Assembly (NCBI GenBank): GCA_039795895.1
Contig: JBDKKW010000001.1
Coordinates: 18,837-82,836, forward strand
Direction: 5' to 3'
Length of the DNA stretch: 64,000 nt
From: Candidatus Parcubacteria bacterium
Lineage (GTDB): Bacteria; Patescibacteriota; Minisyncoccia; Phycocordibacterales; JBAYGS01
In this document: in pieces, positions 56,452 through 64,000 of the stretch
How positions within the stretch are numbered: the stretch's first letter is position 1
How the letters are laid out: each line of letters opens with the position of its first letter
Program-made: the position numbers and the translations under genes
Notes under the pieces: generated by a model
What the model was told of the DNA's origin: nothing
Database searches by the model: none
What the model saw: only the letters and a program-made list of their open reading frames with translations

Positions 56452-56480
56452 ACAGCGGTTCGCAAGAACAGTTCTCGCGA
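56452..56480. promoter_or_regulatory. Palindrome TTCGCAAGAACAGTTCTCGCGAA (GAAC-N1-GTTC core)
   Basis: A similar palindrome GCAAGAACCGTTCTTGC sits at 56963-56979, on the other side of ORF 56506..56958. Confidence 0.5.
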
Positions 56481-56505
56481 AGATTTTCCTAGCTTCAGAA
56501 ATTTT

Positions 56506-56958
56506 ATGACCAAGAATAAGACAAAAGAAAATGAAGAAATGCTCAAGGCATTAGCTGATTATGGCAAAATCTCACAAGAAGCGTGGTCAATTCAAAAAGA
56601 TAAGAGTTTGACTCAACTAGATGTCATTAAATTGAGGTTTGAAAATAGGATCAATACCCTCGATTATCTTCTAGATTTTTTTAAAAACTTGTTGACCATT
56701 GTACTCACTGGACTCATCGGTTCCTTTGCTGTCACTAATAGTGTAGAAATAATAGAACTCCGTTTTTATCTTTGTTGGCTGGGCGCGGTGTTGCTTGTTA
56801 CGGTGTATCTGTTATTTTTGAGAAGAAAGTCTACTGTTCAATTGATGCTTTCTATGATTGAAAGCTCGTTTGAGAATATTCAATTTTTACATGATGGGCG
56901 CCTAAGTGAGATAGAGAGTAGAAAAAAAATCTTCACCGATACAATTCTTGGTAAATAA
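56506..56958 (+). CDS. Hypothetical membrane protein (150 aa) in an AT-rich islet between topA and dprA
   Basis: Central TM helices. AT-rich. Flanked by the related palindromes. Confidence 0.45.
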   Translation: MTKNKTKENEEMLKALADYGKISQEAWSIQKDKSLTQLDVIKLRFENRINTLDYLLDFFKNLLTIVLTGLIGSFAVTNSVEIIELRFYLCWLGAVLLVTVYLLFLRRKSTVQLMLSMIESSFENIQFLHDGRLSEIESRKKIFTDTILGK

Positions 56959-57023
56959 TGATTAGCAAGAACCGTTCTTGCTAAGGGTTTAGAAATTATA
57001 ATTTAGGAATTAGATGTTTTCTT

Positions 57024-57899
57024 TTACATTAGCCTGATTTCCCCCTCGCTTTCCTTAATCATCCCTTTAATCTCCATCATTGAAAGAAGAATGCTGACTT
57101 TTTGGGTGGGAAAGCCGGAGGCACGGACGAGGGAGTCGCGGGTGCATGGAGTGGCGAGCAGGCACAGGAGAGTAAGCTCGTCTTCATTTGCGTCGGCGTA
57201 CTGTTTTTCAAAGGGGAGTGTGCTTTGGCCTTCAAGACCAAGAGCGATCAGTAAATCTTCGACCGAGGCGATAGGAGTGGCACCAAGTTTCAAAAGCAAA
57301 TGCGGGCCGGTGGAATTTTGGGAGTAGATTGAGCCAGGCACGGTGAGTACATCGCGATTGTAATCGGTAGCGAGGCGAGCAGTGATCAGTGTGCCGGATT
57401 TTTGTTCCGCTTCAATAATCAGCACGGCTTTTGAAAGTCCTGCCATAATGCGATTGCGTTGCGGAAAGCTGTAAGGGGTCGCTTTGAACGTCGGATCAAA
57501 TTCTGAAAGCAAGCATCCACCCGCTTCAACAATTTCTTTTGCTAGATTTTTGTGCGAAGCAGGGTAGAGGGCACTTGGGTCGAGTCCTGATCCGGGCACG
57601 GCGATGGTTTTGAGATTATTTGCGAGGGCTGACCGATGGGCGATAGCGTCGATACCGAGCGCGAGGCCAGAGACGATCACTACCGGCTTGCCTCGCAGTC
57701 CCGCAATGAGCATTTCGCAGACTTCTTTTCCATACGGACTGTATTTTCTGGCACCGACCACGCAGAGGTGTATCGAATCTTCAGGGGGAAGCTCGCCAAC
57801 AATAAAAAGCTGTTCGGGAGGCTTAGGAATTTCCAAAATCGGTTTTGGAAATTTATTTTTGGGGAGCGAAATGATGCGTTTGTCTTTTGAGAACGACAT
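57024..57899 (-). CDS. dprA: DNA processing protein DprA (Smf)
   Basis: Rossmann-like DprA core ..VVGARKYSPYGKEVCEMLIAGL..VSGLALGIDAIAHRSAL..TIAVPGSGLD.. Confidence 0.85.
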   Translation of the reverse strand: MSFSKDKRIISLPKNKFPKPILEIPKPPEQLFIVGELPPEDSIHLCVVGARKYSPYGKEVCEMLIAGLRGKPVVIVSGLALGIDAIAHRSALANNLKTIAVPGSGLDPSALYPASHKNLAKEIVEAGGCLLSEFDPTFKATPYSFPQRNRIMAGLSKAVLIIEAEQKSGTLITARLATDYNRDVLTVPGSIYSQNSTGPHLLLKLGATPIASVEDLLIALGLEGQSTLPFEKQYADANEDELTLLCLLATPCTRDSLVRASGFPTQKVSILLSMMEIKGMIKESEGEIRLM

Positions 57900-57934
57900 G
57901 CTAGAGTAAGTATAGCATTGTTCCTTTTAAAACT

Positions 57935-58234
57935 ATGAACCCTCCAATCTACCTGGGTGAGTTTGGTATGTACCTCCGTGCGTTCATTGATGGCGGTGAG
58001 ATTGTCCTCGCTCGTCAGCATTTTGTAAAAACGTATCGTGGTGTTGAGTCGGGTACTCACGTGTTAGCTTCTGCTGTTCCAGCTCACCGATCGCATGATC
58101 TAGAACATCTCGATAGGGTGTGTAGTCAACTCTTTGGGATTACCGCGCAACAATTACTACAGGAAACCCCGGTAGTATCTCATCCGGCCACTTCGGGTGA
58201 GTATTTCATTGAGTGTGATGTTGAGGATCCCTAA
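57935..58234 (+). CDS. Hypothetical small protein (99 aa), tandem paralog A
   Basis: F..Y..AF..GGE.VLAR..F.... pattern shared with the downstream ORF. Confidence 0.4.
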   Translation: MNPPIYLGEFGMYLRAFIDGGEIVLARQHFVKTYRGVESGTHVLASAVPAHRSHDLEHLDRVCSQLFGITAQQLLQETPVVSHPATSGEYFIECDVEDP

Positions 58235-58245
58235 ATTATTGTGTT

Positions 58246-58533
58246 ATGAAGTCAAAGACTTTCTTTGAAGTTTTTCAGCACTACTTTCTGGCTTTTGTTT
58301 ATGCCGGAGAAACCGATCTTGCCAGAAAGATTTTTCGGAGACTGAGACGGCGTATTCAGGCTCATCGTGGCATGTACGACCCCTCAGTCTGGGACTTGAG
58401 CGAATCACGGTTCTTTGATGAACTTGCAATGAGTTCAGTTTTGAAAAATTCACCCGAGCCAGTACAGCGAGAATCTGTATATGTGCCGTATGGGGGAGGA
58501 TGGTGTGATGGCTCTCCTTGTAATGATGCCTGA
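58246..58533 (+). CDS. Hypothetical small protein (95 aa), tandem paralog B
   Basis: ..FQHYFLAFVYAGETDLARKIFRRL.. shows similarity to 57935..58234. Confidence 0.4.
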   Translation: MKSKTFFEVFQHYFLAFVYAGETDLARKIFRRLRRRIQAHRGMYDPSVWDLSESRFFDELAMSSVLKNSPEPVQRESVYVPYGGGWCDGSPCNDA

Positions 58534-58539
58534 TTTCAG

Positions 58540-58588
58540 AGGCCCCTCGCCGACGCTTTGGTCGGACGAGGGGCTCTTTCTTTATCTT
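58540..58588 (+). terminator. Terminator GAGGCCCCTCGccgacgctttggtcggaCGAGGGGCTCTTTCTTT
   Basis: Nested hairpin plus T-run. Confidence 0.55.
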
Positions 58589-58671
58589 AATACCTTATAC
58601 TTTTTACTTTATACCTACCCAACAGCCTCTATTTTCCTTATTTTCACTATTCTGCTATTATAAGTCCTACT

Positions 58672-59946
58672 ATGCTCGACATTAAGTTTATCCGCGACAA
58701 CAAAGAGATTATCGCTCTCGGTGCCAAAAAGAAGCATCTCAATTTTAAGGTGGACGATTTGATCAAGGCCGACGATGAACGGCGCAAGCTTATGACTTCC
58801 CTTGAAGCCAAGCGTGCTGAGCAAAACCTCGTCAGCGCCAAAATCCCAACCGCATCTGTCGAAGAAAAAGCCTCACTCCTTGTGGCGATGAAAGAAGTCA
58901 AAGAATCTGCCCAAAAAGAAGAAGAAAAATTGAAAGAAGTGATGAAAAAGTGGCAGACCTTGATGCTTGCGGTGCCAAATGTTCCCGATATGTCCGTGCC
59001 GGAAGGCGAGACCGACAAAGAAAATGTCGAAATTAAGACACACGGCACTATTCCCGTATTTGATTTTGATCCAAAGTCACACATCGAGCTCATGGAAAAG
59101 CTTGGTATGGCTGATTTTGAAAAGGGAGTAGAAGTGGCGGGTTTCCGAGGCTACTTTTTGAAAGGTGACGGAGCGCGATTAAACTTTGCGCTCTGGCAAT
59201 TTGTGCTCGACCATTTCGCTACCAAAGCCGACTTTGAGCCAATGCTCGTGCCATCTCTCGTGCGCAAAGATACATTGCTCGGTACTGGCTACTTGCCTCA
59301 AGGTGAAGATGATTTGTATAAAACACAGGACAATGACTATCTAGCGGGCACCGCGGAAGTAGCAACTATGAGCTACTTTGCCGAGACTACTCTCGCGAAA
59401 GCTGACCTACCAAAAAAAGTACTGGCTTTCTCTCCAAGTTTCCGTCGCGAAGCGGGGAGTCATAGCAAAGATACTAAAGGGCTCAAGCGTGTGCATGAAT
59501 TTTTCAAATTTGAACAAGTGATCTTGTGCGAAGCCAGTCATCAGGTGAGTGTCGAGCAACACGAAGCTCTTCTGGTAAATGCCGAGGAATTACTCCAACG
59601 TCTCAATCTCCCATATCACGTAGTGGTCAATTGTGGTGGTGATCTCGGCCTTGGCCAAGTAAAAAAATACGATGTGGAGACTTGGGTACCATCTCAGCGA
59701 GCGTGGTGCGAGACACATTCGTGCTCGTACTTCCATGATTTCCAAACTCGTCGACTCAATATTCGCTACAAAGATACCGACGGTAAAATCCGTTTTGCCC
59801 ACTCGCTCAACAATACCGCGCTCGCCACTCCTCGCATTTTAATTTCACTGATTGAAAACAACCAGCAGAAAGACGGTTCGATTTATATTCCTGAAGCGTT
59901 GCAAAAATATATGGGCAAGGCAGTCATCGGTCCCGCAAAACGCTAG
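58672..59946 (+). CDS. serS: Serine--tRNA ligase
   Basis: N-terminal coiled-coil arm; class II motifs ..FRREAGSHSKDTKGLKRVHEFFKFEQV.. and ...GRTWVAI.. Confidence 0.95.
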   Translation: MLDIKFIRDNKEIIALGAKKKHLNFKVDDLIKADDERRKLMTSLEAKRAEQNLVSAKIPTASVEEKASLLVAMKEVKESAQKEEEKLKEVMKKWQTLMLAVPNVPDMSVPEGETDKENVEIKTHGTIPVFDFDPKSHIELMEKLGMADFEKGVEVAGFRGYFLKGDGARLNFALWQFVLDHFATKADFEPMLVPSLVRKDTLLGTGYLPQGEDDLYKTQDNDYLAGTAEVATMSYFAETTLAKADLPKKVLAFSPSFRREAGSHSKDTKGLKRVHEFFKFEQVILCEASHQVSVEQHEALLVNAEELLQRLNLPYHVVVNCGGDLGLGQVKKYDVETWVPSQRAWCETHSCSYFHDFQTRRLNIRYKDTDGKIRFAHSLNNTALATPRILISLIENNQQKDGSIYIPEALQKYMGKAVIGPAKR

Positions 59947-59982
59947 ACGTTAGATTTAAAACAGACTCTAGTTCCTTTTTCT

Positions 59983-60828
59983 ATGGCATTTGCCAGTACC
60001 ACACAAAATAAGAATACCGCCATCAAACGTCGAAAGAAGAATCGGCTCTACCTCGGTATTTTTCTCATAGTATTGCTTGTTGCAATACTTTTTGCTGTGT
60101 CGGTTGTGGTCAGTCGGATGGATCAATTTCAAATCAAAGATGTGGTGATCTCTGGCAACACAGTCACTGACGGTACTCTGATCGAAGATGTGGTGCGTTC
60201 GGGTATGAAAGATACCTATTTTTGGATGTTTCCAAAATCAAACAGTTTTCTTTTTCCTGAAAAAGCGATTACGTCTGAAATGCTTTCTGAATTTGCTCGT
60301 GTCGAGAGAGTAGAATTGGTTCGGACCAATCTCTCAACTCTCGCGGTCAATATCACCGAACGAAAGCCAAAGGCCCTCTGGTGTGAAGGATTAAAGCCTT
60401 TTTTGACGGGGACGAGTATTGCTGATTGTTATTTCTTGGATGCAAGCGGTCTCATCTTTAGTCGAGCACCTGATTTTTCGCGAAATGTGTTTGTACGCTA
60501 TTTGGGAGAGATATCCGCCACGACGACTATCGGTGGTGTGTATGGCGACGGACATTTCCCCGAGTATGACTTTTTTGTGCAATCGCTCGTTGCTGAGCAT
60601 CTCCCCGTTACCGATTTGATTGTGCATAAAGATGGCAATCGAGAACTATATTTGTCTTCGGGTGTGAAGATTTTGTTTGATAACCGCCAAGATTTGAGTG
60701 TGGTGCTTACGAATATTAAGTTGATTATTGAGAAGGATGAGTTGTCATTGCTGTCAGTGACACCGAGATTTGAATATGTAGACTTGCGCTACGGCAACAA
60801 GGTCTTTTACAAAAATCGGCAAAATTAA
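59983..60828 (+). CDS. FtsQ/DivIB-like cell-division protein (TM plus POTRA-like domain)
   Basis: N-terminal basic segment plus TM helix, then QIKDVVISGNTVTDGTLIEDVV.. The family call is tentative. Confidence 0.5.
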   Translation: MAFASTTQNKNTAIKRRKKNRLYLGIFLIVLLVAILFAVSVVVSRMDQFQIKDVVISGNTVTDGTLIEDVVRSGMKDTYFWMFPKSNSFLFPEKAITSEMLSEFARVERVELVRTNLSTLAVNITERKPKALWCEGLKPFLTGTSIADCYFLDASGLIFSRAPDFSRNVFVRYLGEISATTTIGGVYGDGHFPEYDFFVQSLVAEHLPVTDLIVHKDGNRELYLSSGVKILFDNRQDLSVVLTNIKLIIEKDELSLLSVTPRFEYVDLRYGNKVFYKNRQN

Positions 60829-61021
60829 CTCGTCTGCTTTGTTGCGTTCAGGATTTTCTATTCGCCGTACGTCTAGTACGACTCAGTCGAAAATCCTTCC
60901 GCGCCTGATTCAGCAGAATCACCTACTGGGTCCCATCCGAGTTAATTTTGCCGATTTTAGGAATACAAGCGATTTAAGTAAAAAGAAAAGCCACACGTAT
61001 GCTCGTGTGGCTGTAAGTAAA

Positions 61022-61465
61022 CTACCTCAGACTTTCCGGAGGCTTCTGCATAAAGGTGACCCACATTCCCATATAGGCCATCTTTCCGTTGTAGAGAGCG
61101 ATCTCGGGGGAGACCGAAACGACCGGACCAACGATTTTTGCGGTGCTGTCGAAGGCATTGAGCATCACCTTGTAATCGGGAAGTGGAATCCGTAGACCAT
61201 TGGTGGCGTCTACTTGGTAGAAGTAGAAGACATTGCCCTGCTGGAGTGATCCAAGTTTACCACCATTTTGGGTGAGTGCTTCGCCATCCTTGAGAGTCAG
61301 TGATTTCTCATGTTCAAGCTCGAGTTGCCGAAGTGCTTTTGCGTCGTGGCTTTTTATTGCATGATACGTTACGAATCCTGTAAGTGTGAATAACGCCAAG
61401 ACAGCAATGGTTATTGGTAGAGCCGCTGGAATTGAGAGCTCGAAGCTCCTTGTTTGTGGGGACAT
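61022..61465 (-). CDS. Membrane-anchored hypothetical protein
   Basis: Start trimmed to MSPQTRSFELSIPAALPITIAVLALFTLTGFV.. (one TM). Confidence 0.45.
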   Translation of the reverse strand: MSPQTRSFELSIPAALPITIAVLALFTLTGFVTYHAIKSHDAKALRQLELEHEKSLTLKDGEALTQNGGKLGSLQQGNVFYFYQVDATNGLRIPLPDYKVMLNAFDSTAKIVGPVVSVSPEIALYNGKMAYMGMWVTFMQKPPESLR

Positions 61466-61573
61466 GATGTATAGCCTTTCTTTATTTGAGTTAAACGAAC
61501 TTTCCGGAGTCACTATACATAAATACCCGGATATTTGTCAATCGTATGTATTTTGTGTTACTGTGAGTGTCTT

Positions 61574-62617
61574 ATGATTTCTGGATTCTGGAAAAACCTC
61601 AAAAAACCCTTTTTTGTACTGGCGCCGATGGCGGATGTGACCGACTGCGTCTTTCGGGCGCTGATTGCAAAATATTCTAATCACGGAAAAGCTTCTGGTG
61701 GGCCGGATGTCTTTTGGACCGAATTCGTATCGGCGGATGGTCTATGTAATCCACACGGCAGAGAACACCTTTTGATTGACCTGAAATATTCTGAAGCGGA
61801 GCGTCCGATTGTAGCCCAGCTCTTTGGAAGCAATGTAGAGAATATGGAAAAAGCTTCGGCATTTGTGGCGAGTCTCGGCTTTGATGGTATTGATATTAAT
61901 ATGGGTTGTCCTGACAAAACGATTGAAAAGCAGGGAGCTGGAGCGGCAATGATCAAAGATTTATCAAAAGCGAAAGAGATTATTCGCGCCGTAAAGCGTG
62001 GCGCGCCGAATCTACCTGTCTCAGTAAAGACTCGCATTGGCTACAACAAAAATGAAATTGATACTTGGGTACGGGGATTGCTCGAAGAAGATTTGTCAGC
62101 ACTCACGATTCACGCCCGCACTCGAAAAGAGATGTCGATGGTTCCGGCACGGTGGGAGCACGTTCGTGAGGTGGTGGAATTAAAAAACAAAATGGGTAAG
62201 GACACACTGATTATTGGCAATGGCGATGTGCTCGATAGTGCTGATGCTCGAAAGAAGGTGAGTGAGACTGGATGCGACGGAGTGATGCTTGGGCGGGCGA
62301 TTTTCGGCAATCCATGGCTCTTTGACCAGACTAAAGGGATTGCGGTGGGGCAGAGTGTGGAAGATGATCGAGTTGGACTGGGCTCAGGGAATCATAAAGT
62401 GACTGTATCGGAGCGACTGCGAGTACTCGTGGAGCATGCTGAGGAATTTGAGCGAGTATTATGTGAGCACAAAAGCTTTGCAGTAATGAAAAAGCATTTC
62501 AAGGCGTACGTAAACGGTTTTGATGGCGCAAAAGAGTTACGAATGCAACTAATGAGCACAGAAGACTCAAAACAAGTGAGGGGAATCGTGGATAGTTTTC
62601 TAAAAAAGGCTCTATAG
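61574..62617 (+). CDS. tRNA-dihydrouridine synthase (Dus family)
   Basis: FVLAPMADVTDCVFRAL..., catalytic-Cys region ..DINMGCP.., and TIM-barrel FMN-binding motifs. The specific Dus paralog is not identifiable from sequence alone. Start trimmed to MISGFWKN. Confidence 0.85.
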   Translation: MISGFWKNLKKPFFVLAPMADVTDCVFRALIAKYSNHGKASGGPDVFWTEFVSADGLCNPHGREHLLIDLKYSEAERPIVAQLFGSNVENMEKASAFVASLGFDGIDINMGCPDKTIEKQGAGAAMIKDLSKAKEIIRAVKRGAPNLPVSVKTRIGYNKNEIDTWVRGLLEEDLSALTIHARTRKEMSMVPARWEHVREVVELKNKMGKDTLIIGNGDVLDSADARKKVSETGCDGVMLGRAIFGNPWLFDQTKGIAVGQSVEDDRVGLGSGNHKVTVSERLRVLVEHAEEFERVLCEHKSFAVMKKHFKAYVNGFDGAKELRMQLMSTEDSKQVRGIVDSFLKKAL

Positions 62618-62659
62618 AGCCATATTTATGCTATTGCGGGTGGTGGGGTGATAAAGTGC

Positions 62660-63042
62660 TTGACTTTTATATATGAGTATGCTATGATACTCTCCAGACA
62701 GTCGAGTTGGTTTCTGAATCGAAGGGATTTACCTAAAGGTGAATCAATCAGAAGCTCGCACTGTGTTGTACAGCCTAACCGGCCCACTCGCGAAATTCGC
62801 GCCTGAGAAGGAGGGTAAAAACACACGGAAGCCAGTTTAAGGTAAGATCAATCCTCAGAAAGAGATCAAAACCTACTGGCCTTGTCGACAAAGTTCGTTA
62901 AAAAATTATCAGATAAATAATCTGATAAAGAGTAACGGGTCGGATAAGCCGACAAAACTCTCACCATTAACCGACCAGAGACTGGCGCGCCACATCGAAG
63001 GCCCCGCCAAGTCTCCGGTCACAACAAAGAAAGGAGGTAAAA
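62660..63042 (+). promoter_or_regulatory. Promoter TTGACT-N17-TATGAT plus a long (about 350-nt) untranslated leader; candidate cis-regulatory RNA
   Basis: cttgacttttatatatgagtatgctatgat, then a long ORF-free stretch ending in the strong SD aaaggaggtaaaaATG. Confidence 0.4.
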
Positions 63043-63273
63043 ATGTTCTATGAAAGACTGTGGTTGCGGTTGCACGGAGCGTTTGTGGAGGTAGGCGAAT
63101 TTCTCGCTCACCTCCAGACGATTTTGCGGAACCGTGTTCGGGATATCAAGAAAAGCATTTGCGATTCTGCCATTGTGCAGAAGGGTGCTTGCTTGAATGT
63201 CCCCATCAGTCGGGCGGGTCTGTCGGAGCTGTCGCTCTGGCCGATTAAGCCATCGTGGAAAATCCTGAGTTGA
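63043..63273 (+). CDS. Small hypothetical protein (76 aa) with an unusually strong SD
   Basis: AAAGGAGG 6 nt upstream of the ATG; MFYERLWLRLHGAFVEVGEFLAHLQ... Confidence 0.45.
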   Translation: MFYERLWLRLHGAFVEVGEFLAHLQTILRNRVRDIKKSICDSAIVQKGACLNVPISRAGLSELSLWPIKPSWKILS

Positions 63274-63494
63274 GTCTGGGTGTCGGCGTTGGACCGAAGG
63301 TATAGAATGATGGGTATCTTGCGCCCCGGTGGGCCCTTGATATAACTGTCGGACTGTATTCAGTAGGAAACATGACACAGAAAAATGTGTCCCAACGACG
63401 CCCTAGTCCCAAACAACCACCCCGTTTTGCAATCTCGTTCCTACGAGAAAGCGAAGCGGGGTTTTCTTTTATCTGAATGGTGTCGTTGTTCTGA

Positions 63495-63540
63495 AAACCC
63501 CAGAAAATTGCCCAAAGATTTTCTGGGGTTTCTTATTTTT
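63495..63540 (+). terminator. Terminator AAACCCCAGAAAATtgcccaaagATTTTCTGGGGTTTCTTATTTTT
   Basis: Hairpin plus T-run. A second weaker element AAGCGGGGTTTTCTTTT lies at about 63455. Confidence 0.6.
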
Positions 63541-63640
63541 ATATATTTTAATTTATACATGATAATTCTCCTGAAAGATTGACAATATCTATCAATGTGT
63601 ATATAGTGCACTCAGAAAACGTCCTTTCCAGAAAAAAACT

Positions 63641-64000
63641 ATGAAAAAGCTGAACTCGGTGGCCATTCTTTTGGCCTTTCTCTCACTCGTGTCTCCCTGT
63701 TTTGGGGCGACAAACTTCGTTTTGACCTCGGTCTCGGACCCGGTCAAAACCACTTTTACGGTGGCGAGCAGTAACGTCCTGTTGTCGAGCTGGAATCTCC
63801 AGATCTCGACCAATGGAGAGCCGTTTGCCGATGTGGTGGGGACCATCAATTTCGGCTCGGTGGACAATAAAAGCGTAGGTTTTTATGTGCTCCATCCCAC
63901 AACCTACGGGTTTTATCGCGGAAAGACGGTGCTTTCGGGCACCAATGCTTACTCGACCACAAACCTGTTGTTTACGACTCAGACGGCGGTTACTCAAGGG
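63641..64000 (+). CDS. Secreted hypothetical protein, 3'-partial (runs off right edge); not in the ORF track
   Basis: ATG at 63641: MKKLNSVAILLAFLSLVSPCFGATNFVLTSVSDPVKTTFTVASSNVLLSSWNLQISTNGEPF..., with no stop before the window end. Confidence 0.5.
   Translation, partial: MKKLNSVAILLAFLSLVSPCFGATNFVLTSVSDPVKTTFTVASSNVLLSSWNLQISTNGEPFADVVGTINFGSVDNKSVGFYVLHPTTYGFYRGKTVLSGTNAYSTTNLLFTTQTAVTQG

Noticed and set aside
62690-63042. Candidate RNase P RNA, tmRNA, SRP RNA or TPP riboswitch in the long leader
   Set aside because: A CTGAGA box-like string occurs, but none of the other conserved cores (RNase P P4 GGAAAGUCCGG / AGGGUGAAA; SRP GGAAGGAAGCAGC; tmRNA tRNA-like end; TPP ACCTGATC/GGNTAATACC) could be found by eye. 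It is kept only as a generic structured-leader candidate.

Overview
This is a gene-dense bacterial chromosomal window, about 47% GC. Many genes have weak or absent Shine-Dalgarno sequences and several tRNAs lack an encoded CCA, which is compatible with a small-genome lineage such as Patescibacteria/CPR, but that placement is only an inference. Recognisable housekeeping genes are ftsA-ftsZ, trxB, ybeY, rpsU, hisS, lepB, pth, rpsA, PII, gyrA, csaA, iscS-like, clpB, infB, rbfA, alr, miaA, rpmG, parB, topA, dprA, serS, a Dus family dihydrouridine synthase, a sigma-70 and an FtsQ-like protein. There are ten tRNA genes (Ser, Glu, Leu x3, Lys, Cys, Tyr, Trp). Accessory content of note: (i) the 3' end of an integrated phage-like element at 1-3820 (partial HTH/Rep-like gene with iteron-like repeats, divergent cro/CI switch with repeated TTAAGCAA-N-TTGCTTAA operators, large serine recombinase whose 3' end overlaps tRNA-Ser); (ii) an AT-rich islet next to tRNA-Glu with degenerate tRNA-3'-end repeats and two foreign genes (HEPN-like, and an HNH-repeat/nuclease-like protein); (iii) two unrelated genes, an RNA polymerase alpha-CTD-like protein and a small membrane protein, embedded in homologous promoter+5'-leader and terminator modules in inverted orientation around hisS-lepB; (iv) a tandem array of five TrbC/VirB2-like small membrane proteins; (v) further tRNA-associated remnants at tRNA-Tyr and tRNA-Leu(CAA), an AT-rich islet between topA and dprA, and several large palindromes and structured leaders. 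Several ORFs run off the window edges and are absent from the supplied ORF track.
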